A stretch of DNA of 64,000 bases from Anaeromyxobacteraceae bacterium (GCA_047602405.1 JASGHJ010000001.1:800001-864000); one strand, 5' to 3'. Positions 1 through 10,285 are shown, numbered from the stretch's first letter. Notes: generated by a model from the sequence alone, not told the origin. Numbers and translations: made by a program.

Positions 1-17
1 CCTGTCGTGAGGAGCGG

Positions 18-1892
18 ATGCGGTTCGGCGCCAAGATCGGGCTCGTCCTCGTGGCCGTCGGCGTCGCCCCCGTGGGGCTGGCGGGCCTGGTCGCCGCCCG
101 CGCGGCGCGGGACGAGCTCCGTGAGACCGTGGGTGCCATGCAGGCCCGCGGGGCCGGGGATCTCGCCCGGCACGTGGAGCGGTTCGTCGAAGGCTCGCTC
201 GGGGCGCTGCGGCTCTCGGCGGCCCCGCTCCACCCCCTCGAAGCCTTCGCCCCCGCCGAGCTCGGGCAGCTCCTCGCGCTCCCGTACCGGCAGCTCCCCT
301 ACCTCTCCATCGTCGCGATCGTCGACGACGCCCGCCGGCCGGTGGCCGGCCCGGTGTTCGCGCGCCAGCCCAGCCGCGAGCCGGCGCTCGCGACCCGTCC
401 CGTCGTGGGCGCCGACGACCTCGAGCGCTTCGCGCGGCACCTTCCGGTCGCGCCCGCGCGCGAGGCCGAGCTCGCGACGAGCGCGCCGTACCGCCCCGCC
501 GGCGCGGGCCCGGTGCGCCTCGCGGCGACGCTCCGGCTCGGCCCGCGGCGGGCGCTCGCCGCGGAGCTCGTGCTCTCGGAGGTGGAGGCGCGGCTCCGCG
601 AGCGCACCGGCGAGCGCGGGGTCGCCTTCGCGGTGGACCCCTCCGGCGCGGTCATCGCGCACGGCGAGCCGGCCGCGTGGCTCACCCCCGACGAGCGCGC
701 GCTCGTGGCGGACGGCCTCGCCCGCGGCCCGCTCACCCGGCTCGTCGAGCGGCGCGACGGGCGGCGCTGGCTCGCGGCCTTCGCGCCGGTGAACGCGCTC
801 GGCTGGGGCGTCGTGGTCGCGCAGCCCGAGGCGGTCGCGTTCGCCGCCGCCGACGCCGTGCGCCTGCGCACCGCGGCGGGGGCGGGGGGCGCGCTCGTGC
901 TCGCCCTCCTGTTCGGCTGGGTGGTGGCGCGGCGGGTGACGCGCCGGGTGGAGCGGCTCTCGGAGGCCGCCGGGAAGATCGCCGCCGGCGACTACGCGCC
1001 GTGGGCGCCGCCGGTCGACGGCTCCGGCAGCGACGAGATCTCCGCGCTCGGCCGCGCCTTCGCGCGGATGGCGGTGGAGATCGGCCGGCGCGACGACGAG
1101 ATCCGGACCTTCAACCGCGACCTCCAGCGGCGCGTCGACGAGCGCACCGCCGAGCTCGCCGCCGCGCAGGACCAGATCCAGCGCACCCGGAGGCTCGCGG
1201 CGCTCGGGTCGCTGGGCGCCGGGCTCGCGCACGAGCTCAACAACCCGCTCTCCGCGGTGACGGGCTACCTCGGCCTCCTCGCCCGCGACCTCGACGGCAC
1301 CCCGCACGCCCCCGTCGTTCAGCGCGCCCGCGAGCAGGCGGCGCGCGTCGCGCGCGTGGTCGACGACCTGCGCATGTTCGCCGACCCGGACCGCGGCGCC
1401 GGGCGGCGGTTCTCGCTCGTGCGGCCGGTGGAGGCGGCGCTCGCGCTGTACCAGGAGCGGCTCGCCGGCGCCGGGATCGAGCTCACGAAGCGCTTCGACG
1501 AGGTGCTCCCGGAGGCCCGCGGCGACGCCTCCCAGATCCAGCAGGTGGTGGCGCACCTCCTCGACAACGCGCTCCACGCGATGCCAGGCGGCGGCCGGCT
1601 CGAGGTCTCGGTCGGCGCGGTGAACGTGGTCACCGACGGCCCCGCCGAGGCCCTCCGGCTCACGGTGGCCGACTCCGGGAGGGGCATCCCCGCCGGGCTG
1701 CGGGAGCGGATCTTCGACCCCTTCTTCACGACGAAGGGCGACGACGCCGCGGGCCGGGTCGGGCTCGGGCTCTCGGTCTCGCACCGGATCGTGGAGGCCC
1801 ACCACGGCCGGATCTTCGTCGAGGGGCGGGAGGGGCCCGGCGCGGCCGTGACCGTGCTCCTCCCCGCCGCGGCCGAGCCGCACCTGCAGTGA
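18..1892 (+). CDS. Membrane sensor histidine kinase (periplasmic Cache-like domain, HAMP, HisKA, HATPase)
   Basis: Two TM segments, HAMP (DEISALGRAFARM), H-box AHELNNPL, N-box, DSGRGI, FDPFFTTK, GLGLS; GGAG RBS before ATG 18. Confidence 0.92.
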   Translation: MRFGAKIGLVLVAVGVAPVGLAGLVAARAARDELRETVGAMQARGAGDLARHVERFVEGSLGALRLSAAPLHPLEAFAPAELGQLLALPYRQLPYLSIVAIVDDARRPVAGPVFARQPSREPALATRPVVGADDLERFARHLPVAPAREAELATSAPYRPAGAGPVRLAATLRLGPRRALAAELVLSEVEARLRERTGERGVAFAVDPSGAVIAHGEPAAWLTPDERALVADGLARGPLTRLVERRDGRRWLAAFAPVNALGWGVVVAQPEAVAFAAADAVRLRTAAGAGGALVLALLFGWVVARRVTRRVERLSEAAGKIAAGDYAPWAPPVDGSGSDEISALGRAFARMAVEIGRRDDEIRTFNRDLQRRVDERTAELAAAQDQIQRTRRLAALGSLGAGLAHELNNPLSAVTGYLGLLARDLDGTPHAPVVQRAREQAARVARVVDDLRMFADPDRGAGRRFSLVRPVEAALALYQERLAGAGIELTKRFDEVLPEARGDASQIQQVVAHLLDNALHAMPGGGRLEVSVGAVNVVTDGPAEALRLTVADSGRGIPAGLRERIFDPFFTTKGDDAAGRVGLGLSVSHRIVEAHHGRIFVEGREGPGAAVTVLLPAAAEPHLQ

Positions 1893-2631
1893 ACGGAGCC
1901 ACCATGGACCCGCGCCCCGCCTCGTCGACGCCGACCTCCTCGCCCCCGGGCTCCTCCACGAGCTCCGCCAGCCGCTCGCCGGCGCGGAGGCCATCGCGAC
2001 CCTCCTCGAGCGCGACCACCGCGCGCTGAGCGGGCTCGCCGACTGGCGGATCCTCCGGGGCCAGCTCGCCCGGCTGCGCGAGCTCGTGGACGGGTACCGC
2101 GACCTCTTCGGCGCCGCCGCCGCGCGCCCGGTGGAGTACGAGGTCGCCCCCGTGGTCCGCCGCGCCGCGGCCCTGCTCGCGCACCGGCTCCGGCCGCTCG
2201 GAGCCCGCTTCGCGCTCGACGAGGGGCCCACGCCCGCCCGCGCCCGCGGCACGCCCGCGGCCCTCGTGCACGCGGTCACGAACCTCCTCGCGAACGCGCT
2301 CGACGCGCTCGACGTGGGCGGCGGCGGTGCGCGGCGGCTCGCGCTCCGGATCGTGGTCGCGCCGCGCGGCCGGCCGTGGGTGGAGGTGCGGGTCTCCGAC
2401 GAGGGCCCCGGGGTGCCCGAGGCGATCCGCCCGCGCCTGTTCGAGGCCCGCTTCACGACGAAGGCGCCCGGGCACGGCAGCGGGCTCGGCCTGCACCTCT
2501 CGCGCGCGCTCGTCGAGCGCGACGGGGGCGAGCTGTTCCTCGCGGAGGACGACGACGCGGGCCGCCTGCCCTGGGCGTCGACCGAGTTCTGCGTCGCGCT
2601 GCCGCCGGTCGACGGGGGGCCGCGGCCGTGA
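1889..2631 (+). CDS. Sensor-less histidine kinase (HisKA + HATPase), apparent frameshift near the 5' end
   Basis: The frame ending at 2631 reads LVDADLLAPGLLHELRQPL...NLLANALDA...DEGPGV..FTTK..GSGLGL; the likely starts (GTG 1889, ATG 1904) are in another frame, implying an indel at about 1905-1920. Confidence 0.75.
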
Positions 2632-2855
2632 GGTGGCTCGCGCTCCTGTCGCTCCTCGGCCTCACCCCGGCCCGGGAGCCCGCCCTCGAGCCGGCGCCCG
2701 CACCGGACGCGGTCGTCGTGGAGTGGCGGTCCGCGGAGGGCGGGTCCGCGGAGGTGCAGCCCGGCGTGCTCGTGCGCGCCGCCGCGCTGCGCGAGCAGCC
2801 TCCCGTCGGCGCGCTCGAGCGCGTGGAGATCTCCTGGGATGTCAGCGCGCCCTGA
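2628..2855 (+). CDS. Small exported hypothetical protein
   Basis: GTGA overlap with upstream stop; signal-like N-terminus VRWLALLSLLGL; typical codon bias. Confidence 0.55.
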   Translation: MRWLALLSLLGLTPAREPALEPAPAPDAVVVEWRSAEGGSAEVQPGVLVRAAALREQPPVGALERVEISWDVSAP

Positions 2856-4206
2856 GGTCCACCTCCTCGCCGCGCTGCTCGCCGCCGCCCCCGGGAGCGC
2901 GCGCGGCGGCGGGCTCGTGGTCACCGTGGAGCCGGCGCGCCTGCTGCTCGGCCAGGGCGACACCGCGCTCGTGCGCGTCACCGCGGAGCCCGGCGCGCCG
3001 CCGCCGGCGGAGGTCGCGCTCGCCGCGAGCGTGGGCGCGGTGGAGGACGTGCAGCGCACCGCCGCCGGCTTCACCGCGCGTTACCGCCCGCCGGCGGGGC
3101 CGTCGTCACCCGCGGTCGCGATCGTGGCGGCCGTCTCGTGGGCGGACGGCCGCGACGGCGCCGTGGCCCTGCCGCTCGACGGGCAGGGCGTCGCGCTCGT
3201 GCGCGGCGAGCCGGGGGAGCCGGTGGAGCTCCGGATCGGGGAGCGGTTGTTCGGACCGGTGGTCGCGGGCGCGGACGGCGTCGCGCGGCTGCGGGTGGTG
3301 GTGCCGCCGGGCGTCGCCGAGGGTTACCGCGGCTTCCGGCCGGTCGAGCTCGCCGTGCCGCCCGCCCCGCGCATGCTCGCCCTCGCGGATCGCACCGCCG
3401 TGGCCGCCGATCGGGCCGAGCGCGTGCGCGTGCTCGCGTGGGTCGTGGCGCCGCACGGGGCGACCCGGCGCGGTGAGGCGCCGGTCGCGACCCCCTCGCG
3501 CGGCGCGGCGGAGGTCGTCGCGCGGGAGCCCGGCGCCTACCAGGTGAGCTGGGCCATCCCGCCCGGCCCGGCGGGCGAGGACCGGCTCGTGCTCGCCGTC
3601 GCGAACGCGCCGCCCTGGGAGCTGCGCGTGCGGAGCGAGGGCGGCCTCGCGCCGGTGGCGGCGGCCCGCGGCCCGGCCCCGGGGCCGGGGGCGCCGGGCT
3701 CGACCGATGTGCCGGGTCCGGTGACCGCCGCGCTCGTCTCGGGCGGCGCCTCGGTCGACCTCGGCGGCGGCTTCGCCGCGCCGCGGATCGGGGTGTCGGT
3801 GGACGGTGCGCCGGTGCCCGGCCTCCCCGCGCTCGCGTGGCGGCTCGACGCGGAGCTGCTCGGGGCACCGCCCGCCGGGGTCGGGGCCGGCGTGCGCGGC
3901 ACGACGCTCGCCGCGCTCGGCGGCGGCGCGCTCGTGGGCGTGTCGGCGACGCGCGGCCTCGGGGACGGGTGGCTCGCCTTCGCGAGCGCGACCGCGGGCG
4001 TGCGGCTCGCGGCGGTGCGGTCGCCCGCCGGCGACGACCGGCTCGCGCCGGGGCCGGCGCTGCGGCTCGCCGCGGGCACGGGCATGCGCTTCGCGTGGGG
4101 CACGCCGTTCGTCGAGGCGGGGCTGTCGGCCACGGGCGGCGCGATGGCCGGCGGCCGGCTGGCGCTGGTGGTGGCGGTCGGGTTCAGGGGGGAAGGGAGG
4201 CCGTGA
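2839..4206 (+). CDS. Secreted/outer-membrane hypothetical protein (beta-rich N-terminus, possible C-terminal barrel)
   Basis: 455-aa ORF with signal-like N-terminus, Pro-rich linker and amphipathic C-terminal strands; operonic position. Confidence 0.65.
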   Translation: MSARPEVHLLAALLAAAPGSARGGGLVVTVEPARLLLGQGDTALVRVTAEPGAPPPAEVALAASVGAVEDVQRTAAGFTARYRPPAGPSSPAVAIVAAVSWADGRDGAVALPLDGQGVALVRGEPGEPVELRIGERLFGPVVAGADGVARLRVVVPPGVAEGYRGFRPVELAVPPAPRMLALADRTAVAADRAERVRVLAWVVAPHGATRRGEAPVATPSRGAAEVVAREPGAYQVSWAIPPGPAGEDRLVLAVANAPPWELRVRSEGGLAPVAAARGPAPGPGAPGSTDVPGPVTAALVSGGASVDLGGGFAAPRIGVSVDGAPVPGLPALAWRLDAELLGAPPAGVGAGVRGTTLAALGGGALVGVSATRGLGDGWLAFASATAGVRLAAVRSPAGDDRLAPGPALRLAAGTGMRFAWGTPFVEAGLSATGGAMAGGRLALVVAVGFRGEGRP

Positions 4207-4207
4207 G

Positions 4208-6124
4208 ATGGCGACGATCCTGCTGGTCGACGACGAGCCGGTCCTGCTCGACGTGTTCGAGCGCCTGCTGGCGCGGGCCGGGCGCACCTTCCTGACGGCC
4301 GGCTCCGCCGCGGCCGCCCTCGCCGTCGTGCAGGGCGAGCAGCAGGTGGACGTGGCCCTCGTCGACAAGAACCTCGGCGACGGCTCCGGGCTCGACGTGG
4401 CGGTCGCGCTCAAGCGGGCGCAGCCCTGGGCCGAGGTCATCCTCGTCACCGGCTACGCCTCGCTCGACTCGGCGATCGAGGCCGTCCGCATCGGCGCGTA
4501 CGACTACGTGACGAAGCCGATCACCGACCTCGACGGGCTCGACCTCAAGGTCGAGAACGCGCTCGACAAGGTCCGGCTCCGCCGGGAGGCCGAGGCCCTC
4601 CAGCGCGCGCTCGCCGCGAGCGAGGCGCTCCACCGCGGCGTCTTCGAGACGGCGTCCGACGCGCTCCTGCTCGTGGGCGAGGACGGCGCCGTCGAGGACG
4701 CGAACCCGGCCGCCGAGCGCGCCTACGGGCGGCGGCGCGCCGCGCTCCGCGGGCTCGGGCTCACGGCGCTCGAGGCGCCGGGCGAGGCGCCGGAGCCGGA
4801 GGACGGCCGCGTCGCCCGCGGGCGGCACCGGCGCGCGGACGGGGCCGAGTTCCCGGTCGAGGTGGCGAGCGGGTCGCTCGCGCTCGCGGACCGGACGCTG
4901 CGGGTGCTCTCGGTCCGCGACCTCTCCGAGCGCGAGCGCGCCGACGCGCGCCGGCAGGAGCTCCAGCACGAGCTGCGCCAGGCGCAGAAGATGGAGGCGC
5001 TCGGCCGGCTCGCGGGCGGCGTCGCGCACGACCTCTCGAACGTGCTCGCGGTCATCACCGGCTGGACCGAGCTCCTCGGCCGGCGCCTGCCCATCGACGC
5101 GCCCGGGGCCCGCGAGGCGGTGCGCGGCATCTCGGAGGCCTGCCAGCGCGCGACGGGCGTCACCCGGCAGCTCCTCACCCTCTCCCGCAAGAAGCTCAAC
5201 CGGCCGGTGCTGCTCTCGCTCAACGACGTCGTGGGCGAGGTCTCGAAGCTCCTCGATCGCGCGGTGGGGGAGCGGATCACCGTCACGCGCCGGCTCGAGG
5301 AGCGGCTCTGGCCGGTGCTGGCCGACGCGGACCAGGTCGCGCAGGTGCTGCTCAACCTCGGCGTGAACGCGCGCGACGCGATGCCCGACGGCGGGCCGCT
5401 CGAGCTCTCCACGCGGAACGCCCAGGCCGGCACGGCCCCCGCCGGGCTCGGGCTCGGCCCGGGACGGCACGTGGTCCTCGCCGTGCGCGACGGCGGCGCC
5501 GGCATGACGCCCGAGGTGCTCGCGCGCGCGTTCGACCCGCTCTTCACCACCAAGGACGCCGCCGCGGGGCTCGGGCTCTCCACGGTGCGTGAGATCGCCC
5601 GCATGGCCGGCGGCGCGGTGCGGGCCGAGTCGCGGCCGGGCGAGGGCGCGGTGCTCGAGGTGTGGCTGCCGGCGGCCGAGGGCGCCGCGGTGGCGCTCGC
5701 GCGGCGCGGGCCGTCGCTCCCGCCGCGCGCCCGGGGCGAGCGCGTGCTCCTCGCCGAGGACGACGACGCGCTCCGGTTCCTGGTGGGGCAGGCGCTCGCC
5801 GAGCACGGCTACGAGGTCGTGTCGGCCGCGAACGGCGTCGAGGCGCTCGAGGCCGCCCGCCGGCGGGGCGGCGCGTTCGACCTGCTCCTCACCGACCTCA
5901 CGATGCCGCGGATGGCCGGGCCGGAGCTCGCCGACGCGCTCCAGCGCGCGCACCCGGGGCTGCGCGTGCTCTTCATGACCGGGAACGGCGAGGACGACGG
6001 GCTCCGCGCCCGCGTGGCGCGCGGCCGTGCGGAGCTCATCGAGAAGCCGTTCACGAGCGAGGCGCTGCTCGCCCACCTGCACCGGCTGGGCGGCGCGCGG
6101 GTGCGGGGGGCGGGGCGGATGTGA
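4208..6124 (+). CDS. Hybrid kinase REC-PAS-HisKA-HATPase-REC
   Basis: MATILLVDDEP receiver, PAS (FPVEVA), QAQKMEALGRLAGGVAHDLSN, C-terminal receiver DLTMPRMAG/KPF; GGGAGG RBS. Confidence 0.92.
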   Translation: MATILLVDDEPVLLDVFERLLARAGRTFLTAGSAAAALAVVQGEQQVDVALVDKNLGDGSGLDVAVALKRAQPWAEVILVTGYASLDSAIEAVRIGAYDYVTKPITDLDGLDLKVENALDKVRLRREAEALQRALAASEALHRGVFETASDALLLVGEDGAVEDANPAAERAYGRRRAALRGLGLTALEAPGEAPEPEDGRVARGRHRRADGAEFPVEVASGSLALADRTLRVLSVRDLSERERADARRQELQHELRQAQKMEALGRLAGGVAHDLSNVLAVITGWTELLGRRLPIDAPGAREAVRGISEACQRATGVTRQLLTLSRKKLNRPVLLSLNDVVGEVSKLLDRAVGERITVTRRLEERLWPVLADADQVAQVLLNLGVNARDAMPDGGPLELSTRNAQAGTAPAGLGLGPGRHVVLAVRDGGAGMTPEVLARAFDPLFTTKDAAAGLGLSTVREIARMAGGAVRAESRPGEGAVLEVWLPAAEGAAVALARRGPSLPPRARGERVLLAEDDDALRFLVGQALAEHGYEVVSAANGVEALEAARRRGGAFDLLLTDLTMPRMAGPELADALQRAHPGLRVLFMTGNGEDDGLRARVARGRAELIEKPFTSEALLAHLHRLGGARVRGAGRM

Positions 6125-6134
6125 CGGCCCTTCG

Positions 6135-6175
6135 CCCTTCGACCCCTCGACAGGCTCGGGGCTCAGGGGGAACGG
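6135..6175 (+). repeat. REP-like palindrome, nested copy
   Basis: CCCTTCGAC[CCCTCGACAGGCTCGGG]GCTCAGGGGGAACGG between convergent genes. Confidence 0.7.
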
Positions 6176-6180
6176 TGGAT

Positions 6181-6522
6181 CTAGGGGGCCGGGCGACGGG
6201 CGGTCGACCGCGCCGGAGTCCGCCGCTTCGCGACGCCCTTCTTCACGGCGCCCTTCAGCTTGTCCGCCGCCTCGAGGAGCGCGGCGTGGATGTCCGCGGC
6301 CACGGCCTCGACGTGCAGGGTCTTCATGCCGGGCATGCGGAAGCTGAGGCGGCACTCCTGGTCCACGCCGCCGCGCCGCGGGCGCGTGTCGCCGAGGTGC
6401 ACCTCGAGCTCGGCCGCGGCGTGGTCGTAGACGCGCAGCAGCGGCTTCGTCACGTGCTTCTGGAGGAACGCGGGCAGGTCGTCCGGCAGCCTGAGGTGGT
6501 GGGCGTGGATGGAGATCTTCAT
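6181..6522 (-). CDS. HPF/RaiA-family ribosome-associated protein
   Basis: MKISIHAHHLRLPDDLPAF...ECRLSFRMPGMKTLHVEAVAADIHAALLEAADKLK resembles the S30AE fold pattern. Confidence 0.75.
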   Translation of the reverse strand: MKISIHAHHLRLPDDLPAFLQKHVTKPLLRVYDHAAAELEVHLGDTRPRRGGVDQECRLSFRMPGMKTLHVEAVAADIHAALLEAADKLKGAVKKGVAKRRTPARSTARRPAP

Positions 6523-6580
6523 GGGGACAACGATACCCCCGTCGCGCCCCGGGGACCCGTTCACGGCTAGACTCCCGGGC

Positions 6581-7822
6581 GTGACAAATCGTCTCTACCT
6601 CGCGGATCCCCGGCTCCTGTCCTTCGACGCGCACGTGGTCGCGGCCCGCACCCACGGGGAGCACCCCGCGCTCGTCCTCGACCGCTCGGCCTTCTACCCG
6701 GAGGGCGGCGGCCAGCCCGCCGACCGCGGGACGCTCCGCTTCGGGGACGCGGCCGTGCCCGTGCTCGACGTGCAGGAGGTCGAGGGCGAGGTGCTGCACG
6801 TGCTCGGCGGGCACGCGCCGGCGGGCGCCGAGGTGCGGGGCGAGGTGGACGCCGCGCGGCGCCGCGATCACGTCCAGCAGCACCACGGCCAGCACCTGCT
6901 CTCGGCGGCGTTCGAGGCGCACTTCACCTCTGCAGCGGCGGGGACGGCGGGCGGCCTCGGCCACACGCTCTCGTTCCACCTCGGCGAGGAGACCTGCACC
7001 ATCGACCTCGACGTGCCGATTGGCGCGCTCGGGCCCGCGGTGCTCCGCGCGGTCGAGGCGCGCGCGAACGACCTCGTGTGGCGGGACCTCCCGGTCGAGG
7101 CGCGCGACTTCGCGCCGGACGAGCTCGCGAGGCTGCCGCTCCGCAAAGAGCCGGCGAAGGGCTCGCGGGTCGTGGTCGTCGGCGAGGCGGGCGCGATTGC
7201 CGACGCGTCGCCCTGCGGCGGCACGCACCCGCGGCGCACCGGCGAGGTCGGCGCCATCGCGGTGCTGCGCGCGCAGAGGTGGTCGCAGGGCGCGCGGGTC
7301 GAGTTCGTGTGCGGCGGGCGCGCGGTCGCGGCGCTCGCCGCGGCGGGCGAGCGGCTCGGCGCGGCGGCCGCGGCGCTGAAGTGCGCGGCGGGCGAGGTGC
7401 CGGCGGCGGTGGCGCGCGCGGCGGAGGAGGCCTCCGCGCGGCGCAAGGACGTGGAGAAGCTGCTGCAGGCGCTCGCGGAGAAGGAGGCCCTGAGCCTCTC
7501 GGGGCCGGACGCGGTCGTGCAGGCCGCCGTCACCGCGCCGGTCGCCGGCGCGCCGGCGTGGCTGAGGGCGCTCGCCTTCGCGCTCGCGGCCCAGGGCAAG
7601 ACCGCGCTCCTCGGCGCCGTCGAGGACGGCCGCGCCCACCTCTGCTTCGCGCGGCCGAAGGGCCCCGGCCCTCACCTCGGCGAGGCGCTCAAGGCCGCGG
7701 TCGCGCTCCTCGGCGGCAAGGGCGGCGGGGCACCCGACTCCGCGCAGGGCTCCGGCCCCGCGGTGGGCATGCTGGAGGCCGCGCTCGGGGAGGCGGCGGC
7801 GAGGCTCGGCGCGATCACCTGA
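6581..7822 (+). CDS. AlaX-type alanyl-tRNA editing protein with C-terminal DHHA1 domain
   Basis: FYPEGGGQPAD, QQHHGQHLLS and CGGTH zinc ligands, GGKGGG..AQG DHHA1 motif. Confidence 0.9.
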   Translation: MTNRLYLADPRLLSFDAHVVAARTHGEHPALVLDRSAFYPEGGGQPADRGTLRFGDAAVPVLDVQEVEGEVLHVLGGHAPAGAEVRGEVDAARRRDHVQQHHGQHLLSAAFEAHFTSAAAGTAGGLGHTLSFHLGEETCTIDLDVPIGALGPAVLRAVEARANDLVWRDLPVEARDFAPDELARLPLRKEPAKGSRVVVVGEAGAIADASPCGGTHPRRTGEVGAIAVLRAQRWSQGARVEFVCGGRAVAALAAAGERLGAAAAALKCAAGEVPAAVARAAEEASARRKDVEKLLQALAEKEALSLSGPDAVVQAAVTAPVAGAPAWLRALAFALAAQGKTALLGAVEDGRAHLCFARPKGPGPHLGEALKAAVALLGGKGGGAPDSAQGSGPAVGMLEAALGEAAARLGAIT

Positions 7823-8669
7823 ACCTGAGCGGGACCGCGGCGTCGCGGCGCCAGCCGCCGTCCACGTGCACGCGCCAGACGCGCTCCGCCCCCGCGTGCG
7901 CCTCGACCTCGCGGCCGGACCAGACGACCTCGGCGCGGCCCGACACCTCGAGCAGCCCGCCGCCGTCGAAGTCGAGGAACAGGAGCGCGGCCCGAGGTCG
8001 CACGAGCAGGTTGCCGAGGGTGTTGAAGTACCGGTTGCCCGGGTAGTCCGGCACCGTCAGCACGTCGCCCTCGATCCGCACGAAGCCGGCGGGCCCGGCC
8101 CGGTGGGAGACGTCCACGGCGGCGTCCCCGGCGCTCGTCGCCACGAAGAAGGTGTCCGACGAGGAGATGCGCGCCCGCTCCTCGACGCCCAGCCGGTCGA
8201 GGGCCCGCGCCGGGCCGGCGGTGCGCGGGGCGGGCTCCACCTCGCGGGGGTGGATGTACTTCGGGCAGTTCCCGAAGGCCTGCGCCACGGCGACGTCGAA
8301 GCCCGCGGGGTCCACGGCCGTCACCGCGCCGTTCACCCGGTTGCGGCGGCGGGTGGCGAGGTCGATCCCGAGCAGCGCGACGCCCGCGCCGGGTCCGAGC
8401 TCCGCCTGCGCGGGGTCGTCGCGATCGGGCGGCGCCCCGACGCGGAGGCGCCGCGGGTCCGGCACGCCCAGGAACCCCGGGGGTCCGGCGACCACGGTGG
8501 CAGCAGGCCCGCGGCCGGCGTCCACGCCGACCACCACGAACGGGAGCGCCTCGAGGAACCGCCGGTGCTGCTCGATCACCTCGCCGCGGATCCCGCCGCT
8601 GCCCGGGACCCGCACGCCCGCCCGCGCCTGCGCCGCGCGCTCCCCGGCGTGGAAGAGATCGTCGGTCAC
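7815..8669 (-). CDS. Pyridoxamine 5'-phosphate oxidase-family FMN-binding protein (two domains)
   Basis: FHAGERAAQ, TRRRNRVNG, FGNCPKYI, DVSHRAG, DYPGNRYFNTLGN; GTG overlaps the GST stop. Confidence 0.85.
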   Translation of the reverse strand: MTDDLFHAGERAAQARAGVRVPGSGGIRGEVIEQHRRFLEALPFVVVGVDAGRGPAATVVAGPPGFLGVPDPRRLRVGAPPDRDDPAQAELGPGAGVALLGIDLATRRRNRVNGAVTAVDPAGFDVAVAQAFGNCPKYIHPREVEPAPRTAGPARALDRLGVEERARISSSDTFFVATSAGDAAVDVSHRAGPAGFVRIEGDVLTVPDYPGNRYFNTLGNLLVRPRAALLFLDFDGGGLLEVSGRAEVVWSGREVEAHAGAERVWRVHVDGGWRRDAAVPLRFR

Positions 8670-9290
8670 GGGGCGCCCTCGGGGATGGGCGTGTGCGGCA
8701 TGGCCGTCATGCCGGGGAGCGCCTCGACCCGCTCGATCCACGCGCGCACCGCCGGGAGCGGCGCGAGGTCCAGGCGGCCCTCGGGCGCGCGCGCGACGTA
8801 CGGGTAGAGCGAGAGGTCCGCGAGCGTGGGGTGGCTCGCCGCGAGCCAGGTGCGGCCGCCGAGCTCGCCCTCGAGGAACGCGAGCAGCCTGGCTCCGGCC
8901 TCGCGCGCCCGCCCCACGTCGACGCCCCGCCCCCAGAGCGTGCCGAGCCGGGCGAGCCCCGGGCCCTGGAAGAGCTCGCCCGCGGCGATCGAGAACCAGC
9001 GCTGCACGCGCGACGCCTCCACCGGATCCTCCGGCAGCCACGGCGAGCCGGGGGCGTACCGGCGCGCGAGGTAGACCAGGATCGCGTTCGAGTCGGCGAG
9101 CACGAGCGGGCCGTCCTCGAGCACCGGGACCTGCCCGAGCGGGTTGAGCGCGAGGAACGCCGCGGTCCGGCGGACCGCCTGGGGCGCGTCCACGAAGTCG
9201 TGGGCGAGGCCCAGGATTCGAGAGGAAGGCCGACACCCGGTGGGTGTGGCCGGAGGCGCGGGTGCCGTGCAGGACGAGGCGGCTCGACAT
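8666..9290 (-). CDS. Glutathione S-transferase family protein (1-nt frameshift at about 9217)
   Basis: SGHTHRV N-terminus in one frame; LNPLGQVPVLED, DSNAILVYLA, TLADLSLYPY in another; removing one base rejoins them. Confidence 0.85.
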
Positions 9291-9388
9291 GTCGTGGACT
9301 CCTCGGGGGTCGGGCAGAGGCTAGCCGGCGCGCCGCGCGGCCGCCTCGCCGCCGTGCGGAAGGGTGTCTTTCGAGCTACGGAAGGGTG

Positions 9389-10285
9389 ATGGACCGCCTC
9401 GACGAGCTGCTCGCGTTCGTGACCGTCATCGACTCCGGCAGCCTCGCGGCCGCCGGGCGGAGGCTCCGGCGCTCACCCCCGGCCATGACCCGCGCGCTCG
9501 CGGCCCTCGAGGTCCGCGTGGGCTCCCGGCTCGTCGAGCGCACGACCCGGCGGCTCCGCCCGACGCCGAGCGGCGAGGCGTTCGCCGGCCACGCCCGGGC
9601 GCTGCTCGCGGGCTACGCTGCGCTGCTCCGCGAGGGTGAGGGCGGCGCGCCGCGGGGGCTCCTGCGGGTGACCGCGCCCCTCGTCTTCGGGCAGCGCCAC
9701 GTGGCGCCGGTGCTGGGCGAGTTCCTGGCCGCGAACCCGGGCGTGCAGGGCGACCTCGTCCTCGACGACCGACCGCTCGACCTCGTGGGCGAGGGGTTCG
9801 ACGTGGCGGTGCGCATCGGGCGCCTCGCCGACTCGGGGCTCGTCGCGCGCCGGGTGGGCGCCGTGCGGCAGGTGATCGTCGCCTCCCCCGCCTACCTCGC
9901 GCGTCACCCCGCGCCGCGCACGCCGGCCGACCTCGCCCGCCACGACGTGGTGCTGTCGTCGCAGCGCCTCCCGGAGTGGCGCTTCGGGGGTGGGCCCCGG
10001 GGGCGGGTGGTCCGCCTCGCGCCGCGCCTGCTCGTGAACGGGGTGGAGGCCGGCCTCGTGGCGGTGCGGGCCGGGCACGCGATCGGCCGCGCGCTCTCGT
10101 ACCAGGTGGCCGACGACGTCGCGGCCGGCGCGCTCGTGCGCCTGCTCCAGGACTTCGAGCCGCCCGCGCTCCCGGTGCAGCTCGTGGTGCCGGGCGGGCG
10201 GAACGTGCCGCGGCGGGTGACGGCGTTCCGCGATCACGCCGCGCGCGCCCTGTCGCGGCTGGACGTGCTCCGGGCCGAGCGCTGA
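9389..10285 (+). CDS. LysR-family transcriptional regulator, divergent from GST
   Basis: MDRLDELLAFVTVIDSGSLAAAG HTH, LVERTTRRL, EGFDVAVRIG. Confidence 0.93.
   Translation: MDRLDELLAFVTVIDSGSLAAAGRRLRRSPPAMTRALAALEVRVGSRLVERTTRRLRPTPSGEAFAGHARALLAGYAALLREGEGGAPRGLLRVTAPLVFGQRHVAPVLGEFLAANPGVQGDLVLDDRPLDLVGEGFDVAVRIGRLADSGLVARRVGAVRQVIVASPAYLARHPAPRTPADLARHDVVLSSQRLPEWRFGGGPRGRVVRLAPRLLVNGVEAGLVAVRAGHAIGRALSYQVADDVAAGALVRLLQDFEPPALPVQLVVPGGRNVPRRVTAFRDHAARALSRLDVLRAER

Noticed and set aside
4184..7675. Very long antisense or alternative-frame ORFs (e.g. 4184-7675 -, 60291-63500 +, 37594-40527 +, 22871-25222 -)
   Set aside because: Shadow ORFs expected at very high GC; Arg/Ala/Gly/Pro-rich with no motifs and overlapping well-supported genes
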